DNA of 62,743 nt, filler included, from Asterionella formosa (GCA_002256025.1; 15 parts of 15 records of this genome joined end to end with filler, not necessarily neighbours in it), one strand, 5' to 3'; shown: positions 12,507 through 24,042, counted from the whole stretch's first letter. The notes: generated by a model from the letters alone, not told the origin. Made by a program: numbers and translations.

Positions 12507-14432
12507 TTAAACTGTCGTAAGAAGCATATTGCGCTCCAAGCGCAATTGGTTGGTAACGACAGCAAGTACAACATGCAGAGCCAAATCTGAATCTTTCGCA
12601 ACAGTCATTTTCATTTTGTGAACTTGCATGGTGTTATCCCAAATCCAATATCCCACAAGTGGTTCCAAGGGTGAATCTTTCAAAGCAGCAGATGACGAGC
12701 TGCTCCGCAAATAATTGGTTGAATTATCACATGCCGGAGACACTTCATCATTCAGGAGCACTGCATTGCCGCCTTTGGATTCTTCCATTCCAGGCTCATA
12801 TACAGTTGATGGCGTGGGAAATTCACCACATAACTCCGAAGACAGGACATTCGATTCCACTAAATTCATTTCCGAAGTTGGTTCGTCAACCACACTCAGG
12901 ATCTCATTCGGTGAAGGACCTTCTACATTAACACCAAACTGGTGGTTCATGGATACCTTCTTTTCATCTCCGCTGTCGTCAGCCAAGCCCTTATCATCAT
13001 CGTTTAAAGATTTCCGAAGTATTTCAGGGTGGTCGTTGTTTCGGATAACACCCTCTCCATAAACATTGGCAGCGGCCGACGAAGATGAATGGGTGTTTGG
13101 AGTTACTGCAATCTGAGCTTCCAATACTTTAATTGACTTCGTTCTGATCCAATTGCTAAATTGTTTCATACGTGGAAAAGACGAGATCTCCGCTTGGGCT
13201 TTTGGGGAGAGCACTCTCTTGCCCTGTTTTTGCGAATCAATGGAAACAGTCGTTTGAGTTGCCCTATCGGTTGGAGGAGTTTCTTTTCTGGCAGCGGCGA
13301 GGTCTGCTGCTTCCAACTGCTTGGCTTCCTCCGAGCTGATTAACATGGTTTGATGTTGTCCCATAAAACTATTGACTTCCTCGCACTTGAGAATAGGATC
13401 GTGAAGCATAAGGTATCCCTCTAGCGGATTTGGAGCTGGCTGGTCCATACCTGCAGACTTCTTCGCCCATTCCTTCCATTGTTTCATCACAAGAATGTGC
13501 GATTGCAGGGCCGCTTCCGTCAACGAATTTTCTGTCTCTGATTTTTCTTCGAAGGATACAAGATGATAGGAGCGATTCTTTTGGTATTGTTTGTCATCTT
13601 TCGTTTCGGGAGAAAACAATGCTTCATTACTGGCCGGTAAGGAATAGTCGTGCTCGCGTAGAGTTTCGCCTTCCTGCGCCGCTGGGGAAATTTCCAACCC
13701 TTTGAAGGAATTTTCCTGCTCAGTGAAGTGCTCGTTTCTAAATCCAGAATTACTTTCCTGTTTGTCTTCGCTATCATTGTCGCATTGAATATTCATAGAT
13801 TGTTGCATGAACGGCTGTGTGGCATTGTCAATACTGCTTGTTCCGATGGAAGTTCGCTCCATTTCAGCTTGGAAAGCTTTAATTTTTCCATATTCTATAC
13901 CGGTAAGACTCTGGGACGAACTGGAACCAATCAAAATATTGCTGTGTCCAGCGTCTTCCTTGACAATGGGCGGTGGTCCATATCGATTTACAATTGCATA
14001 GTAGCGTGACCATGATACAGTAATGCAAGCCTGTTTATACAAGCAGGGGGCGCTTTCACCTCGAAGATCCCTCAACTTCATGGTTGCGTACATATCCGGA
14101 AACTGGCCAGAATAGGCCGGCTGACCGTAACGATAAATTATCCAGTATCTCCTAGAAAGGTCAACTTGAACGCGAAGCAGATAATTACCCATGCCTTTAC
14201 CAAGTACATCAAACCAAGCCAATGTTCCTTCGATGCATTGAGTCGTATACACAAGATTACACTCTTCATCGATAACGTCGAAGTCTCTCTGGTTGATGCC
14301 TTGTTTAATGACAGTGTAGAGGCCGTGCTTCGAAGTGGGAGGGCTTCCATCCACCGTTTCTTCTGCAGAGAGTACCTTTCCTGTCGCTGTCGTCCAATCT
14401 GTTTCCTCGTAACGAGACGAACCTCCTCCCAT
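12507..14432 (-). CDS. Uncharacterised protein, possible Tubby-C/LURP-one-like fold split by low-complexity insertions
   Basis: Long ORF, first ATG at 14432 (MGGGSS); beta-rich N-terminal part and C-terminal MTVAKDSDLALHVVLAVV resembling the LURP/Tubby C-terminal helix. Confidence 0.55.
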   Translation of the reverse strand: MGGGSSRYEETDWTTATGKVLSAEETVDGSPPTSKHGLYTVIKQGINQRDFDVIDEECNLVYTTQCIEGTLAWFDVLGKGMGNYLLRVQVDLSRRYWIIYRYGQPAYSGQFPDMYATMKLRDLRGESAPCLYKQACITVSWSRYYAIVNRYGPPPIVKEDAGHSNILIGSSSSQSLTGIEYGKIKAFQAEMERTSIGTSSIDNATQPFMQQSMNIQCDNDSEDKQESNSGFRNEHFTEQENSFKGLEISPAAQEGETLREHDYSLPASNEALFSPETKDDKQYQKNRSYHLVSFEEKSETENSLTEAALQSHILVMKQWKEWAKKSAGMDQPAPNPLEGYLMLHDPILKCEEVNSFMGQHQTMLISSEEAKQLEAADLAAARKETPPTDRATQTTVSIDSQKQGKRVLSPKAQAEISSFPRMKQFSNWIRTKSIKVLEAQIAVTPNTHSSSSAAANVYGEGVIRNNDHPEILRKSLNDDDKGLADDSGDEKKVSMNHQFGVNVEGPSPNEILSVVDEPTSEMNLVESNVLSSELCGEFPTPSTVYEPGMEESKGGNAVLLNDEVSPACDNSTNYLRSSSSSAALKDSPLEPLVGYWIWDNTMQVHKMKMTVAKDSDLALHVVLAVVTNQLRLERNMLLTTV

Positions 14433-14901
14433 CTTGATCGATTGATATAACCGTCTGACGCTTGGGGTGGAATTTGGATTTTCGGGTCGTGTGGTGAGCA
14501 ATGCTGATCAATGCTGAGGATCCGTTTCATCGAGATTTGTTCTGTCATCAGTGAGTGGTTTCGTTTACTTAATACAAGGTGATAGGCATACAGGTACTGT
14601 ACGTTGCTCGTACTCCGGCACCAGAGAACGACCACCGGACACTGTGATATGTTAATGCCGGTAGTGTTTTAAATACAAAAAAACTCGTATTTTATGTAAG
14701 CAAATTGCTGACAATGTACTCGGTACGGAATGCCAGGTACCTGGCACCAGGAACCTCGGGTACCTGCAAGTTGCGGTAATTTTGCTGAAATTAAAGATTT
14801 AGCTATCTTTATCCCAGATTGACCGCAACTTGCTGGTACCCGCCGCCCTGTCCATAAATCGTCCAGCAAAAGGTACATATGGGCTGATCTATGCATCGTT
14901 G

Positions 14902-15149
14902 TGTCAAGAATATAGCATCAATGGCTATAATGAGTCACAGGGAATGTGGACTCGACTAAAGTCCAATGAGTCAAATGGTGCGTTCCCATGTCAAGAAGCT
15001 TGCTAAGGAGATTGATGTCTTAGATCAATCAGAAGAAGGTTTACATCAACGAAAAGGGAACACGAAGAACAGGTTCTCTGAGTGTGATGAATGGGATTGA
15101 AACTTAGTTTTAGTTTAAGCTTATAATTAAGAAACAGTGAGAATTGACA
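14902..15149 (+). repeat. Possible 5' LTR of the downstream copia element
   Basis: TGTCAA...TTGACA inverted ends just upstream of gag; no second LTR and no clear PBS seen. Confidence 0.3.
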
Positions 15150-15327
15150 GAGTAAGGTCAACAGCGAAAACTAGCACAAAGGCTAGCAGCAGAAAGAAGA
15201 TAACAACACTACCGGTAGTGATATAACAGGTAAGTCCAATGTAAGAGGAACGCGTCAGATGGGAAGGAGTACAAGACCTTTTAACATGCTTTAAAGCGTA
15301 CCTTTGAAGGCCACAGGCTATTCAGGA

Positions 15328-16233
15328 ATGATGGGAAGTGACGAAGACACGTCAGTGAGGTTGCTGACATTCGATGGGCAAGATGCTAAATGGCACATGT
15401 GGAAAGCGAAGTTTCTCGAATACGCGTGCTACAAGAACTTTCAAGGAATACTTAACGGTGACAAACTACCAAGAGGAGAGAAAGACCTAAAGGGCAATAC
15501 GATCGTGTTGTCGGATGCTGATGAGAGACGCATCCGAAGGAGCAACACAGTTGCTTACGCAAGTCTGATAATGGCATTCCAGAGTGGGCCATTTGGACAC
15601 GTAAATATTGCAAGAAGTTCCGAGTTTCCTAACGGCAATGCTAAAGAAGCATGGGACAAGCTCATTTCTACGTATGAGTCAGGCAACATGATGGCGAATG
15701 TCATTGCCTTGTCCCACCAATGGACGGAGTGCACTCTAGTGGAAAACGAGAACCCCGACAGCTGGTATGTGGAGTTGGATCGTATCCGGGAATAATTGGG
15801 CAATACAAACTCCGCCGTTTCGGATGGTGCCTATGTGGCACACATGATCAACAACCTACCTGAAAGCTACAAGAGTTTGGTAGAAGGAAGATTCGGCCTT
15901 GCGCGCAACACGCTATCGGTCGAAGAGATAAAGACAGACATCCGGGACTACTACGATCTATATGTCCGGGATGACGTCAAAACGAATAACAAGAACAAGA
16001 GTGAACAGGCCTTCTACACGAAAGGGAAGTTCAAAGGTGACTGTCATAAGTGTGGCAAGTATGGCCACAAGGCAAGGGCAATAGTGCCGACAAGAAGGAG
16101 CTCACTCCTGAACAGAAAGAAAAGAGGAAAACGATCAAGTGTTTCAAATGCCAACGAATGGGACACTACGCAAGTGAGTGCACTAGTAACAGTGCATCTA
16201 AAAATAATAAATGCGAAGAGAACAACACGAGTA
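15328..16233 (+). mobile_element. Ty1/copia gag pseudogene, truncated by family A insertion
   Basis: FDGQDAKWHMWK gag start, NPDSWY, NNLPESY; in-frame TAA 15793; knuckles CHKCGKYGHK and (after frameshift) CFKCQRMGHYASEC; ends at TA|CCG junction. Confidence 0.85.
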
Positions 16234-18029
16234 CCGCCTGTAAATAAAAACCATCATGAACATAGGATCCAGGGTATCGTACGCTAAGTGGCACAGGATT
16301 TTTGCATATATGATACTTTTTCGATCAAAAATATGATCAATGTATAATATAATTATGATCATGCAGTAAACTTTTACCGAGCTTGAAGTATGATGATACT
16401 ATCATAGTTATAATACCATTGCATCATATAATTAGTCAAACATGGTCATATGATGTGTATACTTTTGTCATGCATCTATCTTAGCATGATTGTAATTCTC
16501 ATCAATATCATTGTCTAAAATAGGATAAAATGGATCGAAAATTAGAACTATATTTAAGAATGGTTCTATGTTTTTATATCTTGAGAGGCTACAGAATGTT
16601 CTACAATGCTCTCTTCGCAATGATTGGTGCTTCAGCTGCTCTCACTTCCACATTCCCCCCAATCCAATTCTGAAGGTTGTTGTAGTAGTGCTGGTTGCCT
16701 TGCCGTTGTTCCCCTGCTTGCTTTGTTCCATTTACTCCTGAGGGTTCTGAGTTTGCATTCACGCACTATTGAATCCGTTTCGTTGTTCCAATCAGCCATA
16801 ATAACAAAGAGAAGCAATTCATTGTTAGCTGTTCATGTTTTGCTTACACAACAGCATGCATTTCGCTTCTATCTGCCTTCGCTTACCACAAATTGAGGAA
16901 TTAACTGATGCATATTTCTGTAAAAAAATTTGTTATTTGAAGATTGAACGAGAAGCAAAGTATCGATCAATAAATGGGCTCCAACACTGCTGTTTGTTTC
17001 AACTTACAAATACTGTTTGTCTACCATTATGCTGAAAGAAGCAACACATATGTGTCAGTTTTTCTAACAGTTGTGCATTGATCCAAAGATGGCTGATAGG
17101 CAGCACTTACCAATTTCTTTTGTCCACATTGATGGTTGGCCAGCCACCAAATCGAAAAGGATCTATTGAATCACTGAAAGGGGACGAGTCATTCTTCCGT
17201 GCATGCATTTCGCTTCTATCTGCCTTCACTTACCACAAATTGAGGAAGTAACTGATACATATTTCTGTAAAAGAATTTGTTATTTGAAGATTGAACGAGA
17301 AGCAAATTATCGATCAATAAATGGGCTCCAACACTGCTGTTTGTTTCAACTTACAAATTCTGTTTGTCTACCATTATCCTGAAAGAAGCAACACATATGT
17401 GTCAGTTTTTCTAACAGTTGTAGATTGATCCAAAGATGGCTGATAGCACTTACCGATTTCTTTTGTCCACATTGATGGTTGGCCAGCCACCAAATCGAAA
17501 AGGATCTATTGAATCACTGAAAGGGGACGAGTCATTCCGTATTTGTAATCCCAGCAACTGATCATCTTGGCATTTGCTCTTGACAAACCGTGATGCTATG
17601 CACAGCTTGTTGATTCCGCCCTTCTCCATCATATTCACTCATTCGTAGCCGCATGGTGTATCATCGTGCTGTATTGCTGTCACTTCAGTTATTCGCATCA
17701 TGTGTTGCTTGAGATCCATCATTTCAGGAAGTGGATGCAGCATGACAAGCAAGGAACATGAAAGGCATTTGCTCTTGACTTCTTACCATCAATTGATTCC
17801 GCCCTTCTCTTCTAAGCCGCAAGTATCATTGTGCTGTATTATCAATTTTGTTTTCCGCGTCATCATGTGTGATGATCCTTCATTTCAGGAGCAAATTGTA
17901 TGCATGACAAGGAACAGGAAAACATGATTTCAAATGTTTCAGCCATGAATAGATATACATAAAGATTTGTAAGAAGTTTTAATGTATATATAGTTGAACA
18001 TTTGCACATCTTTAAATACATTCATTATA
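16234..18029 (+). mobile_element. DNA transposon family A (left part), nested in copia gag
   Basis: Begins TA|CCGCCTGTAAATAAAAA; 16760..18029 matches reverse complement of 58991..59866. Confidence 0.8.
16854..17540 (+). repeat. Tandem duplication of about 345 bp inside family A
   Basis: Units start GCATGCATTTCGCTTCTATC at 16854 and 17201; single unit in the 59-kb copy. Confidence 0.9.
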
Positions 18030-19932
18030 CCGTCTGCAAATAAAAACTATCATATTTCCATGATGCATCATAGGATTGTGATCATCTGATCATACCTTTT
18101 CATTATATCATCTAATAATTTTGATAAATGCCTTTGTAATTTAAATAGTAACCCTTTTGACTACATGTATTTAATTATTATATGTATTGTTTCTATTTGA
18201 TTCCTGTATTCGAATTTCTTGGTAGGATAATGTACCAGCTCAAGTAATGTAATTTTGCTCGTGATTTCCATCCGTCATCACTCCGATTTTTGCAACAACA
18301 ACGAAATACTAGCGATGACAAGCGGAATGAAGGTTTGCGATAACGTCTTCAATTTGTTGGTCAAGTGATCTTTATATCTTTGAGTAATCGTCATGTGCAG
18401 TGAACCTTTGTTCATAATCATTCAATTAAGAGTTTACAGGAGAGAAGAAACCATTCGAACTCGTAATGTTTCCGCACACAGCGCACAGAGTATATCCGTT
18501 TCGTCCACTTCGCTCAGCATGACAATCTCGCCAATCAACCCGTAAACAAACACATTCTACCGGTACTTGTTCTCGTTGACATTTTCAATTCTCACATGAT
18601 ACTGCATCTACTATTGAGATTCAGCATAGAAGGAGATACGAAAATGTGCGTAACAGACTACTGTCCACATAGCTATAGTTACTGAATGATTCTGATTAGA
18701 ACGCATTTCATTTTCATATCGCTCGCTCGTTTCTGCATTTGGTATACTGTACTTGAATTAATTATTGAACTTGTCCGCATCTTTGATACCATCAAGAGAG
18801 CTAAAGCAAGTGGCTCCTTTCATTGTTGTTTTCTTGTAGGAAAAATTTGATATCTGATATCTGCATCATCATTTGCTTGTTGGAATTGTCCGTTGCCTCA
18901 AACTTGCTTGGCGTGTGCGTGCACACACTGTCGACTTGTTTTCAATGGTATGTTGTTCTTGTATTCACTGTTGAACTTGTCCGCATCATTGTTACCATCA
19001 ATAGAGCGACACGTGGCTCTCTTCATTGTCGTTTGCTCCTGGAAAAGTCGGTGTCCGTGTCATCCTCATCAATAGAGAGACAAGTTCTTTCGTTGGAAAA
19101 ATCGGTACCGTTTCATCATTTGCTCGTTCGAACCACTGTCCGTTGCCTCAAACCTGATTAGCGTTTGAGTACCGGTATGTGCACTGTCGACTTTAGTACA
19201 TTACAGGCGGAGTGACTTCTTCGCTACTAAATTCTGTAGCACGATGCAGAATACAGTTGCTTCCCAATCATCTCATCATGATTGATCAGATGATACTGTG
19301 ATATCAAGATAAGGTTACATCGATGCATACATCACTAAAGTATGATACGTAATATTGAATAAAGTACATCACATAGCTATGATACATTGATCATAAAACT
19401 ATGATGATTTTACAAAATGTCTATGATATAATTTTGATCAAAATATGATTATGTTAAAATAATACAATGATAATAAAATACGATAAAATATGTACACAAG
19501 TGTTACCAAGACATCATAGAAAATAAATCAAGCAATCATAAAGTATGTTAATTAATATATATGTTTGTTGTTTAATGTATACAGTTAAAGTCAACAGTTA
19601 ATATGATAGTATTATACAGTGGATAGGATCTAAGTATACGGATGCGTTGATATGTACATTACTAAAATATGATTTGTGATATGGATTGATGCATATCACA
19701 TACCGGTAGCTATCCTCAACAACCAGCCATCACGTTCATTGTCGTGTCGTCTTTCCTTGTTTTAGCTATATACCGGTATATGCCAGCATGTGTATTGTGT
19801 AAACACTACGCTGGCGGAACATGCATATTACACTGTGCTCTGTTCAACAATTACTACACTCGGTACCATCACACCAGTTCCACCTCCACAGGCGCCGCAA
19901 CATAGTCTTCTGGCCCTTTGACAACTTTCCAA

Positions 19933-21509
19933 ATGGCATTTCACGGATTTCATGGAAAGGATCAGTCAAACAAGAAACGAGACTTACTTCCATTGTTTAC
20001 ACTACACGACTTTATGTTTTCGGAAAAGAAGATGAAGAAAGTTATGAAATCAATCGAAGATTCCCTTGAATACACTCAAAGATCAAATGAATTTGAACAG
20101 ATTCATAATACTCCAGAAAAAATAATGAGGTATGCATGCCGATACAATAGTGGCTGAGATTGAAAAGAAGGAAAGATTGCTTTCGAAGAGCCGAGGAAAC
20201 CCAAACAGTTGGTCTTCGTGGATGAAGACTCTATTTGTACAGAGTCACAGTTCCACCATCCATTATCGTATTTTGCTTATTCACCCAAAATCGCTGATAA
20301 TGAAGAAGAAATCAGTGATTCTCATTCATTTGATGAACAAATTCATGCGATGAATGAAAATATCGGCGGAAATGTGGCAGACAACACTTAAGAAGTAGAA
20401 ATGGTTGAAAAGTTGCAAATCAAGAAGCATATCTCACTATCCGTCCAGAACATCAACATGAACATCATAAAAACAGAGAAATTATTGCTTTTCTAAAAGA
20501 ACCGATATTCAAGAAAAAATCTGAGCTAGATCAAGACCTCGAATTCAAGAAGATCAATGCAGACAGAGATGTGATGCTGGCTAAGGCAGTTAATGCTCTG
20601 AATAGGGAACGAAGTCAGAAACACAAAATTGAATCTTTTTCCAAATCATACATGGAAGAAAAAGAATTTCTTTGTAAAATCATTGAAAACAATCCAGAAG
20701 GCAGCTACTTTTGTGAAAAGTCGGCATGTGAAATGTGTAGAGTTATTATGCCAAAGCAAACGGCATTTTCCTTGAGTTTGCCGAAATCGCATGGACAACT
20801 AAAATTGTGGAAAGAGTTGTACACTCGTACTCCGCAAGATATATGCAATTACGCCTCTGTTTTTTATGGAGTCAAAGGTATCAAAAAATCATGTTCAGAT
20901 TTTAAAGATCTTGCATATTGGGACCTTGAACTAATCACCTCTATGATCCATTATATAATTCATGAACTTCATCCAAGTGATGTAAAGTTTATATTTGATC
21001 TTGATGAGAACCCAGAAAAGGGTAATAACAATCCATATATATACCAAGGTGATTGTCTTCCACTTCATCACGAAAGTAACTATGTGCAAATTGTGTATTG
21101 CAAAAAATCAGATGAGGAGGAAAACAATCATTTTGTGCATTATCTTTTTGCTATAAATGATGGATTATGTCAAGTCCGTGATCCAGGAAAAGATGCAAGT
21201 TTGGATGAACATTACGATCAAGTATTTCACCTTGCCCGTAAGTACTGCATCATCCCCGGATGCAGAAAAGAATTGGAATTGTTATGCACCGACACAGGAT
21301 ATCTTCCACAAGAATTCCATATACCTGAAGAAATTGGTTTCTCGGAATCTTTCTATACTGGCACCAAAGCACCATTGCAGATCAGTATGGCCACTGAACA
21401 TGATTGCACTAATAGTAATAGTAGTATAGAGCAGAATCAATGTTTTCCTATCATCTATGATATGGCTTGCATTTGTAGAAGTCTCACACTAACTATAATT
21501 ATTATGTAA
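19933..21509 (+). pseudogene. Family B ORF: acidic N-terminus plus putative Ulp1/SENP-like cysteine protease domain; frameshifts and stops in 5' half
   Basis: Fragments 19918..20157, 20209..20391, 20571..21509 align to intact 1038..1649 in the 5' part; W-DLELITSMI, NNHFVHY, QVRDP, EQNQC order resembles the C48 His-Asp-Gln-Cys core. Confidence 0.45.
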
Positions 21510-21533
21510 CTACTAAGTATGCATTAGATTCCA

Positions 21534-21979
21534 TTAGATCCATTCAAGATCAACATCGTCATCAATGTCCCGTTGATTAATGAGGTCATTATAATCAATA
21601 TTCTTTTCAGGAACATTTGGTTGAAGTGATTCAACAAATTCATGCATATCCTCTTTACTTAGTACGTTGGGAAATGAGAAGTATGAGTTCGGGTAGATGA
21701 TATTTGTGGTGGGAGTAGCAATTCCTCTAGGATTCCTTCCATATTCAGATCGATTCTTTTGTGAAAGTCCAGTGTAGATTTCCATATAATAAACGAGTAA
21801 ATCATCAGTCCATTGATCAGTAAGACCATTTGAAACAGAACTTTCTTCCCTCACACTTTTTTTAATAAGTGGTTTCCCACCAATGTCGACAAAATCGGTA
21901 GAATGACGAATTTCGTTCTCTGAAATTTCATGGGTATCTGGATTGAAACCCAAATATTTTTGTTGTAATCGGAATTTTC
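21534..21979 (-). CDS. C-terminal part of an unknown ORF convergent with the family B ORF (truncated by contig end)
   Basis: Open frame of at least 139 aa running toward the gap; acidic tail; no recognisable motif. Confidence 0.45.
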
Positions 21980-22079
21980 NNNNNNNNNNNNNNNNNNNNN
22001 NNNNNNNNNNNNNNNNNNNNNNNTTAATTAATTAANNNNNNNNNNNNNNNNNNNNNNNNNNNNNNNNNNNNNNNNNNNN
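21980..22079. other. Artificial contig linker N-TTAATTAATTAA-N (100 bp); 13 more start at 44022, 45464, 46905, 48346, 49787, 51228, 52669, 54110, 55550, 56989, 58428, 59867, 61306
   Basis: Identical spacer with stops in all six frames; contigs decrease in length (21979, 21942, then 1342 down to 1338 bp). Confidence 0.98.
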
Positions 22080-22983
22080 GTTGATTTCCCGCTATGTGTA
22101 TTGCTAATATGCACATATCTGGTACCAGGTACCCTGGTACCTGATGCCGGTTGACTTCAAAGTATCATCGCAGTGGTGTGTACTAGGTGAGCTACCAGTA
22201 CCAGGTACCTGGTACCTGGTCCTGGTACGGAGTACCCCCTGGTACCTGGGAAGGACTGGTAAAACACTTACCTATCTATCTACTTAGGAAAAGTTTGAGT
22301 TAGCAAATTTCTCGATTGCTTGATTACGGACCTTCACCATTTGGAACTGTCCCTCCAAAGCCATGGTTTCTACGTAGCTTTATGACGGTAGTTAATGCAA
22401 TCAGACATTCTTTTCTTACTCAGGGAAGTCATTCACTTTGTTACCTCATCCTCAGTCCTCAACTGAATTCGTTTTAGGATCCTCTGCAATCATGTAGCGA
22501 CAGCAGAAAATACAAAGCGCTCGCAAATCGCTTCTTCTACAAATGATGAAATCTAGTAAAAGATAACTTACCGGTACCTGAACATCGTCATAAATCCAGA
22601 AACTATTATTGTTTCTACTGAGTATTGTAACTAAATTTTAATCGAACACTGAAGAACTCCAAGTTCAATGATCATAATTGTACAAATGACGTCCAGCTCA
22701 ATTAAGATGTTTGTCGCATGCAATACAACTATACAGAACACGGTATCTGGTACTCATTGCCAAGGGCCACAACCACTTGACAACTTGGTAGTGCAATCGC
22801 TTGTTTATGCGGTGATGTCAAGAACGTGGCCACAAGGCCGATGCAAACATCGAATTCGTTGCATTTAATGCGAAATGATTACTTTTATATTTGAACTATT
22901 AGCACATTTTAATGCGCAGTATACCGAGATTGACTTTTGTACCGGAGAATTTTGCAACTATCATGCTCAAGCCAATGCCTGTG

Positions 22984-24042
22984 TTATTTGGCTTCTCCGT
23001 GCTTTGCTTCCCAATCTGCCTTCGCCTGTTCCAAACGCTCCACCATCCCAAAGTAATCAAACTTGAGAGAGCCTTGCCCTCGGTTTGGACACTTGCTTTC
23101 TTCGGGGAAAAGAGCATCATGGTTGCAAGTTCCTCCAAAGAAATTAGGGATATCATCTGCGCCATTCTCCATCAATGCTGACAACTTGATCTTCATTGAT
23201 TCGATATCCAACAGGACAACCTTAGAAGCAAGTCGGCCGGGCATCAAGGGCAAAAGCAAATTCATGACGAATTGGACAATTGAGGAGACAGGAGCAGAAC
23301 AAAGTAGAGCAAGACGGTCGGGGTAGCCCCTGACCAAGGCCTTGAGCATCTTGATCATAAAATTCGGATTTGGTGGGGGTGGAGAGCTCGAGTCGGCGAT
23401 CACAACGAAGTCGGTGATACCTTTGGGCATACAGCGGATTCCGGCATCTGAAAGGAGAATGAGAGCATTGACGTCAGCGTCGACATCAGGGTACCAAGGC
23501 TTGCGATTGGTTCTAATCCACATGACAGGCTTTCCATCTTTAGTCATTCCATGGAAGTAAATAGATCCAGTGTTGAGAGAAGCAGCTAGAGCTTTCGCTG
23601 CGACCAAGCGTTCGGGGTTCTCGACCGCTTCTGCAGAAGTCTCGGGGCCATTGGCAAGTGCGACGAGATCAGGGATTTCCACGGCACCTTCTGACTCTCG
23701 CCAGGCCATGACCTCATTGAGTTTTTTCTGAGAATACTCAAGAGGTCTGCGAACAGTAGGGTCTTTCGAATAAGGCTTGGATGCGACAGAAAGGATGTAT
23801 CCATCGCTCAAGTAGTTGTAGTCATCTGGAAATTCCGACGCAAGCTCAGCACGGATGATGGAAAGTTCCTCTTTGCTGACACTAAAAATGTCGCCGCCTT
23901 CGACTTCTTCGTCTTCTTTGGCGTCTTCAAACTCATCGACAGCGGCAGCAGCTTCAGCTTCAGCCTTTTCGGCTTCTTCCTTGGACAGAGTCGCGATCAT
24001 ATTTGATGCTTTTGACTTGATGGACGGCTTGTTTGATTCCAC
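22984..24042 (-). CDS. CRAL-TRIO (Sec14-like) lipid-binding protein
   Basis: 352-aa ORF with FHGMTKDGKPVMW, RGYPDRLALL.SAP, IPNFFGG motifs; true start uncertain (first ATG at 24000). Confidence 0.85.
   Translation of the reverse strand: MESNKPSIKSKASNMIATLSKEEAEKAEAEAAAAVDEFEDAKEDEEVEGGDIFSVSKEELSIIRAELASEFPDDYNYLSDGYILSVASKPYSKDPTVRRPLEYSQKKLNEVMAWRESEGAVEIPDLVALANGPETSAEAVENPERLVAAKALAASLNTGSIYFHGMTKDGKPVMWIRTNRKPWYPDVDADVNALILLSDAGIRCMPKGITDFVVIADSSSPPPPNPNFMIKMLKALVRGYPDRLALLCSAPVSSIVQFVMNLLLPLMPGRLASKVVLLDIESMKIKLSALMENGADDIPNFFGGTCNHDALFPEESKCPNRGQGSLKFDYFGMVERLEQAKADWEAKHGEAK

Larger units (their letters stand above)
18030..21979 (+). mobile_element. Large DNA transposon family B (at least 3.9 kb, runs to contig end), inserted at a TA in family A
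   Basis: Begins TA|CCGTCTGCAAATAAAAA; same terminus at 6858 (-) and about 50876; empty site CATTATA|CGGC seen in family A copy at 58991. Confidence 0.8.

Noticed and set aside
15793..15795. Stop-codon readthrough or alternative genetic code (single in-frame stops at 15793, 46421, 49016, 51588)
   Set aside because: Most of the same ORFs also have frameshifts, the stops replace different expected residues, and intact genes end normally in TAA/TAG/TGA
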